A stretch of 64,000 nt of DNA, taken from the NCBI GenBank assembly GCA_965223845.1, contig CBDCXR010000004.1, positions 352,001 to 416,000 of the forward strand, written 5' to 3'. Numbering within the stretch: position 1 is the first letter of the stretch; every line of letters starts with the position of its first letter. This document shows, piece by piece, positions 28,318-37,518 of this stretch. The DNA is from Planctomycetota bacterium (GTDB lineage: Bacteria; Planctomycetota; UBA8108; SXIK01). Made by a program: the position numbers and the translations under genes. Below the pieces are notes generated by a model. The model saw nothing but the letters and a program-made list of their open reading frames with translations. It was not told the origin of the DNA and ran no database searches.

Positions 28318-29226
28318 ATGCTGTCGAAGATCCTAGTGCCGACCGATTTCTCCGAGCGCGCGCGCGCCGTGTATCCCGCCGTCGCCGACTACTGCCGGAA
28401 ACGCGATGCCGAGCTCGTTCTCGCGCACTCCGTGCAGTCGATCCTTCCTATCTATTCGCTCCATGCGCGAGGCGTGGCGGTCGACGTACCGGCGGAGTCC
28501 TTCGTCGCGGGCGTCGCCGATGAACTGAAGAAGGAAGCGACGCGCGACGTGTTCGACGGGGTGAAGCTCGCGACGGAGCTCGTCTACCACTCCGACCCGA
28601 TGGCGGAGCTCGGGCGATTTGTCGCGCGGGAGAAGATCGACCTCTGCGTGACGACGACCCACGGGCGATCCGCGATCGGTCGCTTCCTTCTCGGAAGCTA
28701 CGCGAAGCGGCTTCTCCGTGAGATGTCGTGCCCCGTACTCGTCTGGCGGGGGACCGGGACGACGCTTCAGTTCGAGCGCGTCGTCGTTCCGTTCGACTTC
28801 TCGACGAACAGCCGCGCAGTTCTGCCTCAGGTGAAGCTCTGGTCGGAACTTTTCGGAAGTCGGTTCACGTTCGTTCACGTCGTCGAACCGTTTCCGTACA
28901 CCTTGAGCGACGCTCCCGGAACGGAGGCGCTCGTCGCGATCGAACGGTCGATGGCGGCGGCTCCAGAGCGTGCGCAGGTGGCCTTCGACGATCTCTCCGC
29001 GGAAGCGCTCGGCGGAATCGAGCACGACTGCAAGGTCTGCGCCGGCAATCCGGCCGAGGAGATCGTGAAGACGGCCGAGGCGACGAACGCCGACCTGATC
29101 CTCACCGCGACGCACGGCGCCACCGGATGGACGCGTCTTGCGCTCGGAAGCGTCGCCGAGCACGTCGTCGCGACGGCGCCGTGTTCCGTAATGACGGTGC
29201 GCTCGCGTCCCGAAGAGGCCGAGTGA
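28318..29226 (+). CDS. Tandem-domain universal stress protein
   Basis: KILVPTDFSE...TTHGRS...LLGSYAKRLLR; RVVVPFDFS...ATHGATG...LGSVAEHVVATAPCSVMTV. Confidence 0.93.
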   Translation: MLSKILVPTDFSERARAVYPAVADYCRKRDAELVLAHSVQSILPIYSLHARGVAVDVPAESFVAGVADELKKEATRDVFDGVKLATELVYHSDPMAELGRFVAREKIDLCVTTTHGRSAIGRFLLGSYAKRLLREMSCPVLVWRGTGTTLQFERVVVPFDFSTNSRAVLPQVKLWSELFGSRFTFVHVVEPFPYTLSDAPGTEALVAIERSMAAAPERAQVAFDDLSAEALGGIEHDCKVCAGNPAEEIVKTAEATNADLILTATHGATGWTRLALGSVAEHVVATAPCSVMTVRSRPEEAE

Positions 29227-29264
29227 GAAGCCCTTCGCGAGAGCGTGCGGCAGCGAGTTAGAAA

Positions 29265-29291
29265 CCCGCTCGCGACGGCGTCGCGAGCGGG
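29265..29291 (+). terminator. 12-bp perfect hairpin downstream of the USP gene
   Basis: CCCGCTCGCGAC-GGC-GTCGCGAGCGGG; no U-tract. Confidence 0.4.
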
Positions 29292-29614
29292 CAACCTCGG
29301 CGACCGCACGGTGGAAGCGTACGGCCACCCCCTCGTGATCGGACGAGTCTTCTCGTTTGCGTGCCCCTGATCGGACTACACTCCGAGTTGTGCCGCTCGA
29401 ATCGGTGTCCGAGGGCGACGGGAGACACGTCCGAAGTCCCGCACACCGAGCACTCCACCGACTTCGCTACGAGGCGGCGGCGCCGGGGGGCCGTGACCGT
29501 GGCCCGTGACCGAGCGCGTCCGGCTATACTCGTGGTCGCCGGCCCGCCCGCGGAGGACCGGTCGGAGGCGTCACTCGAAACGAGTCGAGGACGTGCGGCC
29601 CGGGGAGAGAACGT

Positions 29615-32473
29615 ATGCACGACAGGGGGTGTGAGCTCACGACACGTCGCGCTCAGGCGGTGGTCTGGCTTGTCGCGGCCGGAGTCTTCGCGAACACGCC
29701 TGGATCTGCGGAGGCGGACTGGATCACTTACCGCGGTGACTCGGAGCGGACGGGTCGCGTCGCCGCGGCGCTCGAGCTACCACTCGAGCTAGCGTGGACC
29801 TACACCGCGCCGAAGCGTCCTGCTCCGGCCTGGCCCGCGCCGGCGAAGCGCGACATTTGGAATGAACGCGATCGGCTCGCACCGCGAGTCGTCTACGATC
29901 GCGCGTTTCACGTGGTCGCAAAGGCGGGTCGGGTGTACTTCGGTTCGTCGGCCGACCATAAGCTCTACTGCCTCGACCTCGCCACCGGCGCGGAGCAGTG
30001 GAGCTTCTTCACCGAAGGGCCGGTGCGGCTCGCACCGAGTTTGTCGCCGCTCGGCATCCACTTCGGCTCCGACGACGGGTCCGTGTACACGCTCGGGTAC
30101 GACGGCCGTCTCCTCTGGTCGATCCGAGTCGGCCCGAATCGACGGCGGGTCGCGGGGAACGGAGCCTTGATTTCACCGTGGCCGGTGCGGACTGGTGTTC
30201 TCGTGGAGGGCGACACGCTTCGCGTTTGCGCCGGCCTCTTTCCCGAGGAGGGGGTGTGGCAGGTCGCTCTCGACGCGCGGACCGGACGCGAGCTCGGCCG
30301 CGGCGCTCTCGGGATCTCGCCGCAAGGCTATTTGACGGTCAGCGGCGACGATGTGATCGTCCCGAACGGACGCGGGAAACCGGAGATCGTCGCGCGTCTC
30401 GAGCGACGCGGCAGAGGGTCCGCGGCCGCGGCGATCGAGATCCCTACGCGATTTCGGTACGCGCAGATCGAGACCGGAGAGATCACGTTTGCCGGTGGGG
30501 ACGGCGAGGTCGCGGCGTTTTCGAACGACGACGGCCGGAAGCTCTGGTCCGCGCGCGTGCAGGGAGTCGCGTGGTCACTCGCAGCGACGGCCGGTCGCTT
30601 GCTCGCGAGCACGAGCGAGGGCGTCGTTCATTGCTTCGCGAGCGAGGTGAGCAGCGTTCCGCCTCGAACGGCGAACGGCCGCCGCGCGCGATCGAGTGAC
30701 GCGCCCTCGGAGTTCGTCCTCGCGCGCGAGTGGTCGCGCGGCTGGGGCGTCGTGTTCGGAAGCGGAGACGGCACGCTCCTCGCCAGGCTGGCGCGGGACG
30801 GGCCCGAACGGCGCCTGGCCGGATACGAGTGGTCGCCGGAGCTCGTCGATCTCTCGCGACAGCGCCTCGATCGCGCGGGAGTCTACGGTCGAGTCGCCGT
30901 CTTCGCCTGGGACCGCGCGCGCGAGGCGTCTGCGGCGGTGGAGCTCACCTGTCTCGCGAATCGGGCTTTCGTTACGGCCCGCGGAGCGCCGTTCGTCGAG
31001 CCGGCGGCTGCGTTTCACGCGGTCCGTCCGGGAGGAGCGCTTTTCCTCGAGGACACGGGAACGGCGCGCGACTGGGACGAGTGGCGGCGGGCGAACGCCG
31101 CGCACCGAGACCCCGAGATGGACCAGAAGGGGTGGCGGGTCTATCGCCGTCCCGCCGTGCCGGGGGGCGGATCGTGGACGCATCTCTACGCCGACGCCGC
31201 GAATTCCGCATCGAGCGGCGACCAGCGGGTGGACGGTCGGCTTCGGCTCCAATGGTTCGGCGAACCCGGTCCGCGCGAGATGCTCGACCGGCACCACCGC
31301 GCGATGGCGCCACTCTGTCGCGACGGTCGGTTGATCGTTCCGGGCGACGGCCGGGTGTTCGCGGTCGATGCCTACAATGGCACGCCGCTTTGGACGCGCG
31401 AGATCGACGAGTCGCGTCGACTCGGAGTCGGGCGCGATGCGGGGAGCATGGCGCTCGGCGGCGCCAATCTCTACGTCGCGTCGGGTGCGACATGTCTAGC
31501 GCTCGACGCGGCGACGGGGAACCGCGTCGCCGTGTATTCCGTCCCGGCCCCGAGCGCCGCCTCCCGCTGGGGATGGGTGGCGCTCGACGGTGCCCGAGTG
31601 TACGGGTCGGCCGCTAAGCCGGACGGGTCTCGGCGCGAGCTCGGACGGACGACGATCGACGAAATCTACAACGACCACCAAGCGATCGTCACGAGTGACG
31701 CGGTGTTTGCGTTCGAAAAGGGCGCCGCGCGTCCGGCGTGGAGGTACGGCTCGGAAAAGGAGACCGTCCTCAACCCGACGCTCACGGTCGGCGGCGGGCG
31801 CGTGTACTTCGTGCGAGTTGACGCCGGCGCGGCAGCGGGCCGAACGGATTTGAAGTCGCTGCTATCTCACCCGGCGGCAGTCGTCGCGCTCGATTCCGCT
31901 ACCGGCGAGCCGATTTGGAGTCGCGAGCTCGATCTCAGCCCGCTCGAGCACGCGGTGTACCTCGTGTTCGCAGAGAATCGTCTGGTCCTCTGTGGGTCGC
32001 GAAACGCGAACGGGACGGTCTGGTTCGATTTCTGGGGGCTCGATGCGAACTCGGGCGCGGTCCTCTGGGCCGAGTCCCAGGACAACGGCGTCAAGGCCGG
32101 CGGAAATCACGGCGAGAAGGACTACCATCCCGTCGTCATGGGCGACCGGATCTATCTCGAGCCATTCGCGCGCTCGCTCTCCGACGGGAGTCTCGTCCCC
32201 GATTGGGGATGGCCGCTCGCCGGGAAGCGGCGGGGGTGCGGGACGTTCTCGGCATCCGCGCGAGCGCTCTTCTTCCGGCACGCATCGGCGACGGCGTTCG
32301 ATCTCGAATCCCGAACGCTCGATCCCGTGACGCGCGTTACGCGGCCCGGCTGCTGGATCAACATGATCCCCGCGGGAGGGATGGTGCTCGTTCCCGAGGC
32401 GAGCTCGGGATGCACTTGCGATCACCCGGTGCAGACTTCGCTGGGGTTCATCGCGGAGTCGATCCTCCGGTAG
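29615..32473 (+). CDS. Secreted PQQ-like / BamB-like beta-propeller repeat protein with a central methyltransferase-like segment
   Basis: DWITYRGDSERTG, VYFGSSADHKLYCLD, WTHLYADAANS, RGCGT, RPGCWINMIPAGG...PEASSGCTC. Confidence 0.85.
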   Translation: MHDRGCELTTRRAQAVVWLVAAGVFANTPGSAEADWITYRGDSERTGRVAAALELPLELAWTYTAPKRPAPAWPAPAKRDIWNERDRLAPRVVYDRAFHVVAKAGRVYFGSSADHKLYCLDLATGAEQWSFFTEGPVRLAPSLSPLGIHFGSDDGSVYTLGYDGRLLWSIRVGPNRRRVAGNGALISPWPVRTGVLVEGDTLRVCAGLFPEEGVWQVALDARTGRELGRGALGISPQGYLTVSGDDVIVPNGRGKPEIVARLERRGRGSAAAAIEIPTRFRYAQIETGEITFAGGDGEVAAFSNDDGRKLWSARVQGVAWSLAATAGRLLASTSEGVVHCFASEVSSVPPRTANGRRARSSDAPSEFVLAREWSRGWGVVFGSGDGTLLARLARDGPERRLAGYEWSPELVDLSRQRLDRAGVYGRVAVFAWDRAREASAAVELTCLANRAFVTARGAPFVEPAAAFHAVRPGGALFLEDTGTARDWDEWRRANAAHRDPEMDQKGWRVYRRPAVPGGGSWTHLYADAANSASSGDQRVDGRLRLQWFGEPGPREMLDRHHRAMAPLCRDGRLIVPGDGRVFAVDAYNGTPLWTREIDESRRLGVGRDAGSMALGGANLYVASGATCLALDAATGNRVAVYSVPAPSAASRWGWVALDGARVYGSAAKPDGSRRELGRTTIDEIYNDHQAIVTSDAVFAFEKGAARPAWRYGSEKETVLNPTLTVGGGRVYFVRVDAGAAAGRTDLKSLLSHPAAVVALDSATGEPIWSRELDLSPLEHAVYLVFAENRLVLCGSRNANGTVWFDFWGLDANSGAVLWAESQDNGVKAGGNHGEKDYHPVVMGDRIYLEPFARSLSDGSLVPDWGWPLAGKRRGCGTFSASARALFFRHASATAFDLESRTLDPVTRVTRPGCWINMIPAGGMVLVPEASSGCTCDHPVQTSLGFIAESILR

Positions 32474-32677
32474 CTCGCGCCTCGGCGGGGATCGCGGGCG
32501 GCGATCGGTGAATCCGGTGAGCCGCTTTCGGTGCCCGGAACTCCGCGCGAATTCCCGTATGGCTCGGTAGAATGGCGGGCTGGTTGCCCGTGGGCAGACC
32601 GATCCGCCTGGGTACGGGAGAAGATTGTGTATCCGACTAGAGAAGCATTCGAGCCGCGAGGTGTCCGCGGCCGAGGG

Positions 32678-35600
32678 GTGGTGAACGGCCGCGTTAGGGC
32701 CGCTCGAATTGCGTTCATGGCCGCGCTCGCATTCGGGATGTCGATTCTCGATCTCGGCGCGCAGACACTCGTCGTCACGGAGTTCCTGACGTCGAACACG
32801 AACGGTCTGCTCGATGCCGACGGCGACGATTCAGACTGGGCCGAGTTCCACAACCCGACGGACGCCCCGATTTCGCTCGACGGCTGGGGCGTCACGAACG
32901 ACCCCGCCGATGCATTTCAGTGGGTGTTTCCCGCGATCGATCTCGCTCCAGGCGGGTTTCTCGTCGTGTTCGCATCGGGGAAGGATCGCGCGGACCCCGA
33001 GGAAGAGCTCCACCTGAACTTCAGATTGTCGCCGGACGGCGAGTACTTCGCGCTCGTGCGGCCGGACGGCGTCATCGAGCAGGAATTCAATCCCTATCCG
33101 ATTCAGCGGCGGAACGTCTCGTACGGAATCGGCCAGCTCGTCGAGACGACTCCGTTCATCGTCGAGGGCGGGAGCGCGCGCGTTTTCGTTCCGCAGAACG
33201 GCACGGTCGACGCTACGTGGACGACGCGTGAATTCAACGACGCCGGCTGGACGCTCGCCGAGTTGCCCGCGGGATACGACACCGAGGACGGCGGGCCGAT
33301 CATCGATGAAGTCAACCTCGCTCGGGACGGTGTCGCGACGCAATCGTCGACGGCGTTTGGGGGAGATGCGGCGCGGGCGATCGACGGGAACACGAGCGGG
33401 AGTTACGGCAGCAACTCGATCACGCACACCGGGAACAACGCCGGCTCGTGGTGGCAGGTCGATCTCGGCGAGGAGCACCCGCTCGGTCGCATCGTCCTTT
33501 GGAATCGTCTCGATTGCTGTAGTCAGCGGCTGTCGCGGTTTCGCGTGACGGTCACCGATGGCCTGGGGGAAGTGTCGTTCACGGAGGACTACTTCGAGGA
33601 TGGCGGGTTTCCCGCGAACCAGGACTTCGAGATCGAGCTTCCGATCGGGACGCGCGGAGAGATCGTTCGAGTCACCAAGTTCGCGGCTGACTCTTCGGGA
33701 AGTCACTACCTCTCGCTCTCGGAAGTCCAGGTATTCGGCGGCCCGGCCGGGCTCGGGTCGCTCCTCGCGACGGATCTCGAAGCGGAGATGAACGGCGTCG
33801 GATCGTCGCTCTACCTGAGGATTCCTTTCGACTTCGCCGGCGGAACGGAAGTCGAGTTCCTGAATCTCAACATGCGGTACAACGACGGCTTCGTCGCCTA
33901 CCTCAACAACGAGGAGATCGCGCGCGCGAACGCGCCGGGGGCGGTCGCATGGAACTCCGAGGCGACCGCCGAGCGGTCCACTGCCGAGTCGACCGCGTTC
34001 GAGACGTTCAGCGCGTCGAGCGCGGCGCTCAGGGTTGGCGAGAACGTACTCGCCGTGCATCTTCTCAACGTCGCTTCCGACGACACGAATGCGTTCGTCG
34101 ATATCGCGCTCGAAGGCGTCACGATCGAAGACGCGGGCAATGTCTACTTCACGACGCCCACGCCGGGTGGCGCGAATCCCGAAGACGGCCTCGCGGGACT
34201 CGTCGCCGACACCACGTTCAGCGTCGACCGCGGTTTCTACGAGAACCCGATCGAAGTCGAGATTTCGACCCTCACGCCGGGCGCAGTGATCCGCTACACG
34301 ACGGATGAATCCGAGCCGACCGCGACCCACGGAGAGGTCTACTCGGGTCCGATCCAGATCGACACGACCACCGTCCTCCGCGCGGCCGCGTTCCGGAGCG
34401 GATTCGCTCCGACGAACATCGATACGCACACGTACATCTATCTCGACGACGTCATCGCCTCGAGTGTGATGGATCCCGCGATCACCGGGCACGCCGTGTA
34501 CGGCCCCCAGATGCGAAACGCGCTCACCGATCTCCCCACGATTTCCCTCGTCTCGGAAGACGCGTTCAACGACGGGACCGAAGTCAGTACGTCGATCGAG
34601 TTCATCCGCCCGGAGGACGGCTCCGGCTTTCAGGAGAATCTCGGCGTGAAGCGCTTCGGCGGTGCGTTCACCAATTTCGCGAAGAAGAACTTCCGAATGT
34701 ACTTTCGGAGCGAATACGGCGTCCCGAAGCTCAAGTACCGGCTCTTCGAAGGACACGACCGAGGGATCCGAGCGGTCGAGCGATTCGATCAGCTCGAGCT
34801 GCGCTCGGGATCGCACGACATGAACCAGCGCGGGTTCTACATGTCGAACCGATTCACCGACGACACCATGCTCGACATGGGGAACGTCAATCCTCACGGA
34901 CAGTTCGTCCACCTCTATATCAACGGCACCTACTGGGGTCAGTACCACCTGCGCGAGCGGTGGAACGCCGACATGCTCGCCCAGTATCTCGGTGGCGAGA
35001 AGGAAGACTACGAGGCGATCAACGGCAACTGGAACGTCGGCGGCTGGGCGGAGCCCGGAAGTCCGTACGACGGCGACGGCTCGGCGTGGTCGCGCATCAA
35101 ATCCCTTCGGAACAACTACGAAGCGGTGCGGCGCTACCTCGACGTCGGTCACTACGTCGATTTCATGCTCATGTTCATGTTCGGGAATTCGGAGGACGAG
35201 TACCGCTGCGTCGGCCCGACGTCACCCGGGAGCGGGTTTAAGTTCTTTCTGAACGACGCCGACGGCTTTACGCGGAGCGCGGGGAATCGCACCGTGAGGC
35301 AGCAGCCCGGCCGCGAGGATGGAGACGGACCGGGAAGCATCTTCAGCATGCTGCTTGCGGAAGGTCACCCGGACTACAAGACTCTCCTCGGCGATCACGT
35401 CCACCGGCACTTCTTCAACGACGGCCCGATGACGCGCGCGAAGAATATCGCTCGGCTCGAGGAACGCTGTGACCAGGTTCGCCGCGCGTTCTACGCTGAG
35501 GCGGCGCGGTGGGGCTACCGGAGCCCGACATCGTGGGAGTCGGCGAAGAACAGTTACATCAACACGGTGCTCTCGACGCGCACGGAGACCGTGATCTCGC

Positions 35601-37222
35601 AGTACCGGAGCGCCGGATTCTACCCTCGACTCGAGGCGCCGGAGTTCGCCCAGCACGGCGGGCGCATCCCCGAGAGCTACCAGCTCACGATCACCGCTGA
35701 GGACGGGACGGTCTACTACACGCTCGACGGCCGCGATCCCCGGCTGCCGGGAGGAACCGTTCTCCCCGACGCGCTCGAAGCGGGCTCGCTCGAGAAGATC
35801 AAGCTCGTCTCCGAAGGCGCAAGCGCTCGGTGGCTCGTCCCGTCGGACGGCTCCCTCGGACTCGACTGGACGGCGTCCGACGGCTTCGACGACGGTAGCT
35901 GGAACGTCGGGGCGACGGGATTCGGCTACGAACGCTCGTCGGGTTACGAAGACCACATCGCGACGGACGTTGAAGCGGCGATGTACGACGTCAATCCGTC
36001 GATTTACCTCCGGATCCCGTTCGATCTCGACGGCGCACCCGCCGGGACGCTGAAACTGCTCGCGAAGTACGACGACGGATTCGTCGCCTACCTAAACGGA
36101 GTCGAGATTCTGCGAATCAACGTCGACGAGGAGACGGCGTGGAATTCGAGCGCGCTATCGAGCCACAGCGATTCGCTGGCGGTGATCTTCGAGGAATTCG
36201 ACATCCCGGAGCACGTCGGTCTCCTCCGAAACGGCGAGAACGTTCTCGCCTTCCAGGCGATGAACCGGACGACGACGAACGGCGATTTCCTCTTCTCGCC
36301 CGAGCTTCTCGTCGCTCGTCCGCTCGAAGGGCAGGAAATCATCCTCGATCGTACGACGCACGTGAAGTCGCGTGCCTTCGACGGTGTCAACTGGAGTGCA
36401 CTCAACGAGGCGACGTTCGTCCGGCCGTCGCTTCGAATCACCGAGGTCATGTATCACCCCGAGGATCCGGGTCCCGGCGTGGACGACGACGATGTCGAAT
36501 TCGTCGAATTCCAAAACGTGATGGACCACGCGATTTCTCTCGACGGGATTCAGCTCCGCGGCGGGATCGAGTTCGATTTCGGCGAGGGCGACGTGCCGGG
36601 GCTCGATCCGGGTGAGGTCGTCATCGTCGTCGGCGACCGGGACGGCTTCGAGGAGGTCTACGACACGACCGGAATGCTGATCGCGGGCGAGTTCCGCGGG
36701 AATCTTCACAACGCGGCGGATCAGGTGACCCTCATCGAGCACGGCGATACGACGATCGACTTCGTCTACGATGACCGGTGGTATCCGGAAACGGACGGCG
36801 GCGGATTCTCGCTCGTCATCGTGGATCCGCTAGGCGAGCTCGAGAATTGGGGACTCACCGCCGACAGCTGGCGAGTGAGCTCCGATCGAGGGGGCTCGCC
36901 GGGCGTCGACGAGACGGGCGGTTTCACGGGCGGACGTCAGTTCGTCGGTGACTCGAATCAGGACGGCTCGGTGAACATCGCCGACGCCGTGTCGCTTCTT
37001 CAGCGACTCTTCGGCGGAGGTGCGATCGACGCGCTGCCCTGTGATGGCGAAACGATGACGGACGGCGGGAATCTCCGCGTGTTCGACATCAACAGCGACA
37101 GCGGCGTGAATCTCGCGGACGCGGTCTACCTTCTCAACTATCTCTTCGCCGACGGCTCGCCTCCCGCGGCGGGAACTCAGTGCCAGCGGATCGAAGGCTG
37201 CGGGAGCGCGTGCGTCCGGTAG
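32678..37222 (+). CDS. Secreted lamin-tail + F-type lectin + CotH kinase-like + dockerin protein (copy 1)
   Basis: LTD (VVTEFLTSN...DWAEFHN; LRITEVMYHP), F-lectin ITHT...WNRLDCCSQRL, IRYTTD, CotH region (KKNFRMYF, VHLYINGTYWGQY...ER), dockerin GDSNQDGSVNIAD. Start uncertain. Confidence 0.85.
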   Translation: MVNGRVRAARIAFMAALAFGMSILDLGAQTLVVTEFLTSNTNGLLDADGDDSDWAEFHNPTDAPISLDGWGVTNDPADAFQWVFPAIDLAPGGFLVVFASGKDRADPEEELHLNFRLSPDGEYFALVRPDGVIEQEFNPYPIQRRNVSYGIGQLVETTPFIVEGGSARVFVPQNGTVDATWTTREFNDAGWTLAELPAGYDTEDGGPIIDEVNLARDGVATQSSTAFGGDAARAIDGNTSGSYGSNSITHTGNNAGSWWQVDLGEEHPLGRIVLWNRLDCCSQRLSRFRVTVTDGLGEVSFTEDYFEDGGFPANQDFEIELPIGTRGEIVRVTKFAADSSGSHYLSLSEVQVFGGPAGLGSLLATDLEAEMNGVGSSLYLRIPFDFAGGTEVEFLNLNMRYNDGFVAYLNNEEIARANAPGAVAWNSEATAERSTAESTAFETFSASSAALRVGENVLAVHLLNVASDDTNAFVDIALEGVTIEDAGNVYFTTPTPGGANPEDGLAGLVADTTFSVDRGFYENPIEVEISTLTPGAVIRYTTDESEPTATHGEVYSGPIQIDTTTVLRAAAFRSGFAPTNIDTHTYIYLDDVIASSVMDPAITGHAVYGPQMRNALTDLPTISLVSEDAFNDGTEVSTSIEFIRPEDGSGFQENLGVKRFGGAFTNFAKKNFRMYFRSEYGVPKLKYRLFEGHDRGIRAVERFDQLELRSGSHDMNQRGFYMSNRFTDDTMLDMGNVNPHGQFVHLYINGTYWGQYHLRERWNADMLAQYLGGEKEDYEAINGNWNVGGWAEPGSPYDGDGSAWSRIKSLRNNYEAVRRYLDVGHYVDFMLMFMFGNSEDEYRCVGPTSPGSGFKFFLNDADGFTRSAGNRTVRQQPGREDGDGPGSIFSMLLAEGHPDYKTLLGDHVHRHFFNDGPMTRAKNIARLEERCDQVRRAFYAEAARWGYRSPTSWESAKNSYINTVLSTRTETVISQYRSAGFYPRLEAPEFAQHGGRIPESYQLTITAEDGTVYYTLDGRDPRLPGGTVLPDALEAGSLEKIKLVSEGASARWLVPSDGSLGLDWTASDGFDDGSWNVGATGFGYERSSGYEDHIATDVEAAMYDVNPSIYLRIPFDLDGAPAGTLKLLAKYDDGFVAYLNGVEILRINVDEETAWNSSALSSHSDSLAVIFEEFDIPEHVGLLRNGENVLAFQAMNRTTTNGDFLFSPELLVARPLEGQEIILDRTTHVKSRAFDGVNWSALNEATFVRPSLRITEVMYHPEDPGPGVDDDDVEFVEFQNVMDHAISLDGIQLRGGIEFDFGEGDVPGLDPGEVVIVVGDRDGFEEVYDTTGMLIAGEFRGNLHNAADQVTLIEHGDTTIDFVYDDRWYPETDGGGFSLVIVDPLGELENWGLTADSWRVSSDRGGSPGVDETGGFTGGRQFVGDSNQDGSVNIADAVSLLQRLFGGGAIDALPCDGETMTDGGNLRVFDINSDSGVNLADAVYLLNYLFADGSPPAAGTQCQRIEGCGSACVR

Positions 37223-37518
37223 TCGACGTCCATCGGGGTCATGTTCGCCGAATGTCCGTCCGCCGCCTCCGATACCGACGCTCGTCCGCCGGAAGAGAGG
37301 ATCTGTCCATTGCGGCGAGCGCGATTCGGTGCTGAAATGAAAGTGGAGACGTTGGGTCGAACGGTAGACTCCACACCAAGACGATTCTGATCGCTTTGAG
37401 AGACCGGGCCGGGGTCCGTTCGGATCATCGCCCCCGGAAGGGTACATCGTAGACGAGCGTCGCTCTCGGGAGAGGGCGTCCTCAGGTTGAGCGAGCGAAC
37501 GGCTCGTAGGAGGGACCG

